From an uncultured Chloroflexia bacterium (lineage in GTDB: Bacteria; Chloroflexota; Limnocylindria; Limnocylindrales; CSP1-4), in the NCBI GenBank assembly GCA_963734535.1, contig CAVTHS010000007.1, positions 1-64,000 on the forward strand: a stretch of 64,000 nucleotides of DNA. Direction: 5' to 3'. The translations under genes were made by a program, and so were the position numbers. Every line of letters starts with the position of its first letter. The stretch's first letter is position 1. The notes under the pieces were generated by a model. That model had not been told where the DNA came from, searched no databases, and was given only the letters and a program-made list of their open reading frames with translations. Below, piece after piece: positions 60,808 to 64,000 of this stretch.

Positions 60808-63726
60808 ATGACCATGAGATCGGACCGAACCATGAAGCAAACCATTCTTTCCTCGCTGGTCCTGGGGCCGGCGCTGCTCCTCGCGGCGCTGCTGCTCCCC
60901 GGGGCGGCGGCGGCCGCCGGGCCGATCACCTCGACCGCATGCACGGCGGCCGGCACCGCCGTCACCTGCAACCTCTGGGCCGAGACTGGCAGCCTGCCGC
61001 TGCCGCTGCCGAGCACGTCCGTTACCGTCTGGGGCTTCGCCACTGCGTCGGGTGCGAGCCCGACGGTCCCGGGGCCAGTCCTCGTGGCAACCGCGGGTGA
61101 CACCGTCACGGTGAACCTCGTCAACCACCTGAGCCAGCCGACGTCCATCGTGTTCAACGGCCAGGCGATGGTCCCCGACCTGACCGGGGTCGTCTCGGGC
61201 GGATCCACGTCCTACACGTTCGTCGCCAGCGCCCCTGGGACCTACCTGTACGAGGCGGGTCTCATTCCCGGCTCGCAGTACCAGGTGGCGATGGGCATGT
61301 ACGGCGTGCTCGTCGTCCGCCCGGCTGGAGCCCCCTCACAGGCCTATCCGGACGCCTCCACCGCCTTCGACGGCGAGGCGCTCGTCGTCCTCGGCGAGGT
61401 CGACCCGGCCCTGAACAACAGCCCCACGCCGTGGACGGTCGACCTGCGGTACTTCGCCCCGAAGTACTCGCTGATCAACGGGGCCGCATACCCGGGCACG
61501 GCGTCGATCGACGCCTCGTCCGGCACCAGCCTCCTCCTGCGCTACGCCAACGCGGGCATCCAGCACCACTCGATCGGCGTGCTGGGGCTGCGGCAGTCCG
61601 CGCTTGCCGCGGACGGCAGCCCGACGACGTACCCGCGCGACATGGCCGCCGAGACGATTGCCCCAGGGCAGTCGGCCGACGTGCTGGTGACACTCCCCGC
61701 GACGACCGCCGCCTCCACCAAGTACGCGCTCTACGACGCGAGCTTCACCCTGAACAACAGCACCGCGTCCGGGATGGGCGGCATGCTCACATTCATCGAC
61801 GCGACGCCGAATGGAACGGCCACGGGTGACACCGTCGGCCCGATCACGACGGGCGTTGCAGTCAGCACCACGTCCGGCGCCCTGAGCGCCTCGGTCAGCG
61901 ACCTGACGACCGGCGGATCGAGCGTCGCAGGCGCCGAGTACTTCCTCGACGCGATCGGGCCGAGCGGCACCGGCACAGCGATGACGGGGACCTTCCCGTC
62001 CGATCCGGCAGCCGTCTCGGCGTCGCTCACGCTGCCGAGCGGAAGCCACACGATCTACGTCCATGGCCTCGACAACAGTGCCAATGCGAACTGGGGCGCC
62101 TTCAGCTCCACGACCTACACGATCGACAGCGTCGGGCCCACCACCAGCGCCCTGGTCCTGACTCCCAACCCCTCGAACGGAACCGTCGCTGTCGCCCTCA
62201 GCGGCACCGCCAGCGATGCGGCGACCGGCAACAGCAACGTCGTGGCCGCCGAGTACTTCATCGGGACGCCAGGCCCGGACGGTTCCGGCACGCCGATCAC
62301 CCCCAACACGACGGCGGTGATCGTGAGCCTGACAGCGACCATCTCGCCCCCGGTCTCGAGCGGAGTCGTCTCCGTCCACGCCAGGGACGCCGCCGGCTAC
62401 TGGGGCCCCTTCACGACGATCACCCTCACGGTGGAGGGCACCGGCCCGACGACCTCGGCTGTCGTGACCAACCCGCCCGCCGCCAACAATGGGCAGTACG
62501 GCCAGAGCATCGGCAACCCGTCGGTGCGAGTCAGCGCGACGTTCGTCGACGTCGATAGCACCGTTGCCGCGGGCGAGGGCTTCATCGACACCGTCGGCGC
62601 CAATGGAGCGGGCTTCCCGTTCGTCGCCACCGACGGCGTCTTCAATGCCGCGAGCGAGACCGGCTATGCCGACGTCCCGCTCACGACGATCAACCTGCTC
62701 TCCGCGGGCAACCACACGATCTATGTTCACGGCAAGGATGCGGTGGGTAACTGGGGCGCGACGGCCTCCGTCGTCCTCCTGATCGACAAGACCGCGCCCA
62801 CCTTCACGAGCATCACCCTGGCCGCGGTCAACCCGACGCTCGGGGGTGGCATCACCATGACGGTGAATGGCGCCGTCGATCCGTTGGTCTCGACCCTGGC
62901 CAGCGGCGTCGCCGGCGGCGAGTACTGGATCGACAGGGCCGCACCGACGCCGGGCGGCGGGACGCCCTTCACCGGGCTCACCCCCACCATCCCGGCGGGC
63001 TCGCTCACCACGGGCAGCCACACGGTGGGCGTCCGCGTCCGCGACGGCGCAGGCAACTGGAGCGCGGCCACCCACAGCGCCACCGTCTCCGTTGTCGCGG
63101 TATCCATCTTCTCGAACGGCTTCGACACCGGCTTCGGCCCGTGGGGCTGGACCAGCAGGTCCACCAACAGCACCGCGCGCCTCAATGCCACGACGACGGC
63201 CGCCCTGGTCGGCGCTCGCGGCCTGCAGGCCCAGGGCAACAACACCAACTACGTCCAGTACAACTTCGGGACCGCCGCCCAACCGGCGTGGCCGACCTAC
63301 GACGCACGGTTCTACTTCCGGCCGAACGGCAACACCTCGACCGGCAAGGACATCCTGTCCGCCGCCACGTCGAACTCCTTCGGCACGGTCGACTTCCGCG
63401 TCCGCTATCGGCTGAATGGCGCGACGCCGCAGGTGCAGATCCAGGTGGGGACAGCCAACACCAACGCGACCTGGACCAACATCCTCGGCGGCACATCCAG
63501 CAATGTCATCGAGGTGGTCTGGCAGGCCGCGGGCAGCGTCGGGCCGAACCCGGGCACCCTGACCCTCACGGTCAACGGTGTCCTGGCCCAGACGCTGACC
63601 ACCACGAGCACCAGCTCCGTCGGGGCCGTCCGCCTCGGCTCCGTGACCAATACCGGCAATGCCACCCTGATGTACTTCGATGCCTTCGCTTCCAAGCGTT
63701 CGGTGTCGCCGCTCTTCGGTCCGTAA
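60808..63726 (+). CDS. Two-domain multicopper oxidase-like protein C (no canonical Cu motifs) fused to Ig-like repeats and a C-terminal beta-sandwich
   Basis: VPGPVLVATAGDTVTVNL, TSIVFNG, GTYLYEA, INGAAYP; repeats with AEYF/GEYW and HTIYVHG..NWG; IFSNGFD-initiated last domain. Confidence 0.83.
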   Translation: MTMRSDRTMKQTILSSLVLGPALLLAALLLPGAAAAAGPITSTACTAAGTAVTCNLWAETGSLPLPLPSTSVTVWGFATASGASPTVPGPVLVATAGDTVTVNLVNHLSQPTSIVFNGQAMVPDLTGVVSGGSTSYTFVASAPGTYLYEAGLIPGSQYQVAMGMYGVLVVRPAGAPSQAYPDASTAFDGEALVVLGEVDPALNNSPTPWTVDLRYFAPKYSLINGAAYPGTASIDASSGTSLLLRYANAGIQHHSIGVLGLRQSALAADGSPTTYPRDMAAETIAPGQSADVLVTLPATTAASTKYALYDASFTLNNSTASGMGGMLTFIDATPNGTATGDTVGPITTGVAVSTTSGALSASVSDLTTGGSSVAGAEYFLDAIGPSGTGTAMTGTFPSDPAAVSASLTLPSGSHTIYVHGLDNSANANWGAFSSTTYTIDSVGPTTSALVLTPNPSNGTVAVALSGTASDAATGNSNVVAAEYFIGTPGPDGSGTPITPNTTAVIVSLTATISPPVSSGVVSVHARDAAGYWGPFTTITLTVEGTGPTTSAVVTNPPAANNGQYGQSIGNPSVRVSATFVDVDSTVAAGEGFIDTVGANGAGFPFVATDGVFNAASETGYADVPLTTINLLSAGNHTIYVHGKDAVGNWGATASVVLLIDKTAPTFTSITLAAVNPTLGGGITMTVNGAVDPLVSTLASGVAGGEYWIDRAAPTPGGGTPFTGLTPTIPAGSLTTGSHTVGVRVRDGAGNWSAATHSATVSVVAVSIFSNGFDTGFGPWGWTSRSTNSTARLNATTTAALVGARGLQAQGNNTNYVQYNFGTAAQPAWPTYDARFYFRPNGNTSTGKDILSAATSNSFGTVDFRVRYRLNGATPQVQIQVGTANTNATWTNILGGTSSNVIEVVWQAAGSVGPNPGTLTLTVNGVLAQTLTTTSTSSVGAVRLGSVTNTGNATLMYFDAFASKRSVSPLFGP

Positions 63727-63730
63727 CCCG

Positions 63731-64000
63731 ATGACCACCATCGGACGTTCCGATGGGGACCGCAGCCTCGCGGCTGCGGTCCCCGAAACCCCGGATCCCG
63801 TGCCGGCTCCGCTGGAGCCGGCCGGGCTCACGCCCGCCCGCCGCCTGCGGCGACGCACCTGGCTTGCGGCAGCCGCCGGCGTCGTCCTCCTCCCCCTGGC
63901 CGTGGCCGCGACCCTCACGTACGCGACCTCGGGCGCCGGCGTCCCGTCGAACGCCGACGTCGCGGCCGCCCGCGTCGTGTCTGCAGCCGAGATGGAGCAG
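63731..64000 (+). CDS. Single-TM hypothetical protein, truncated by the window end
   Basis: ATG 4 nt after the previous stop; RRRTW followed by a hydrophobic helix; frame stays open to the end. Confidence 0.55.
   Translation, partial: MTTIGRSDGDRSLAAAVPETPDPVPAPLEPAGLTPARRLRRRTWLAAAAGVVLLPLAVAATLTYATSGAGVPSNADVAAARVVSAAEMEQ

Overview
High-GC (~70%) bacterial DNA with many single-base indels that look like long-read or assembly errors. Bases 1-~3830 appear to come from a diderm bacterium (PLD-family protein, B3/4 protein, TonB-dependent receptor). They abut, without spacer, the C-terminal half of an MFS gene from what looks like a different genome (Chloroflexota/Actinomycetota-like, inferred from gene content). 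The main segment holds, in order: (i) a sugar-phosphate-utilisation (SPU-type) bacterial microcompartment operon (SorC/DeoR regulator, rpiB, deoC, BMC-T, BMC-H, three BMC-P, acylating aldehyde dehydrogenase, PduT-like BMC-T, GNAT), convergent on a cdd-pnp-deoA nucleoside catabolism operon; (ii) initiator tRNA-Met and mmsA; (iii) an A2-type heme-copper oxidase operon with two identical cupredoxin domains; (iv) a polyamine ABC transporter and housekeeping genes; (v) an S8 protease with a Trp-pentapeptide tail, a hybrid kinase and a LuxR regulator; (vi) a secreted-protein operon with a ~2100-aa scaffold and three two-domain multicopper-oxidase paralogs. The copper ligands of these paralogs are complementary, which suggests an obligate heterotrimeric, single-active-site multicopper oxidase. 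This is the strongest candidate for an undescribed system. All family assignments come from motif recognition by eye, not database searches.
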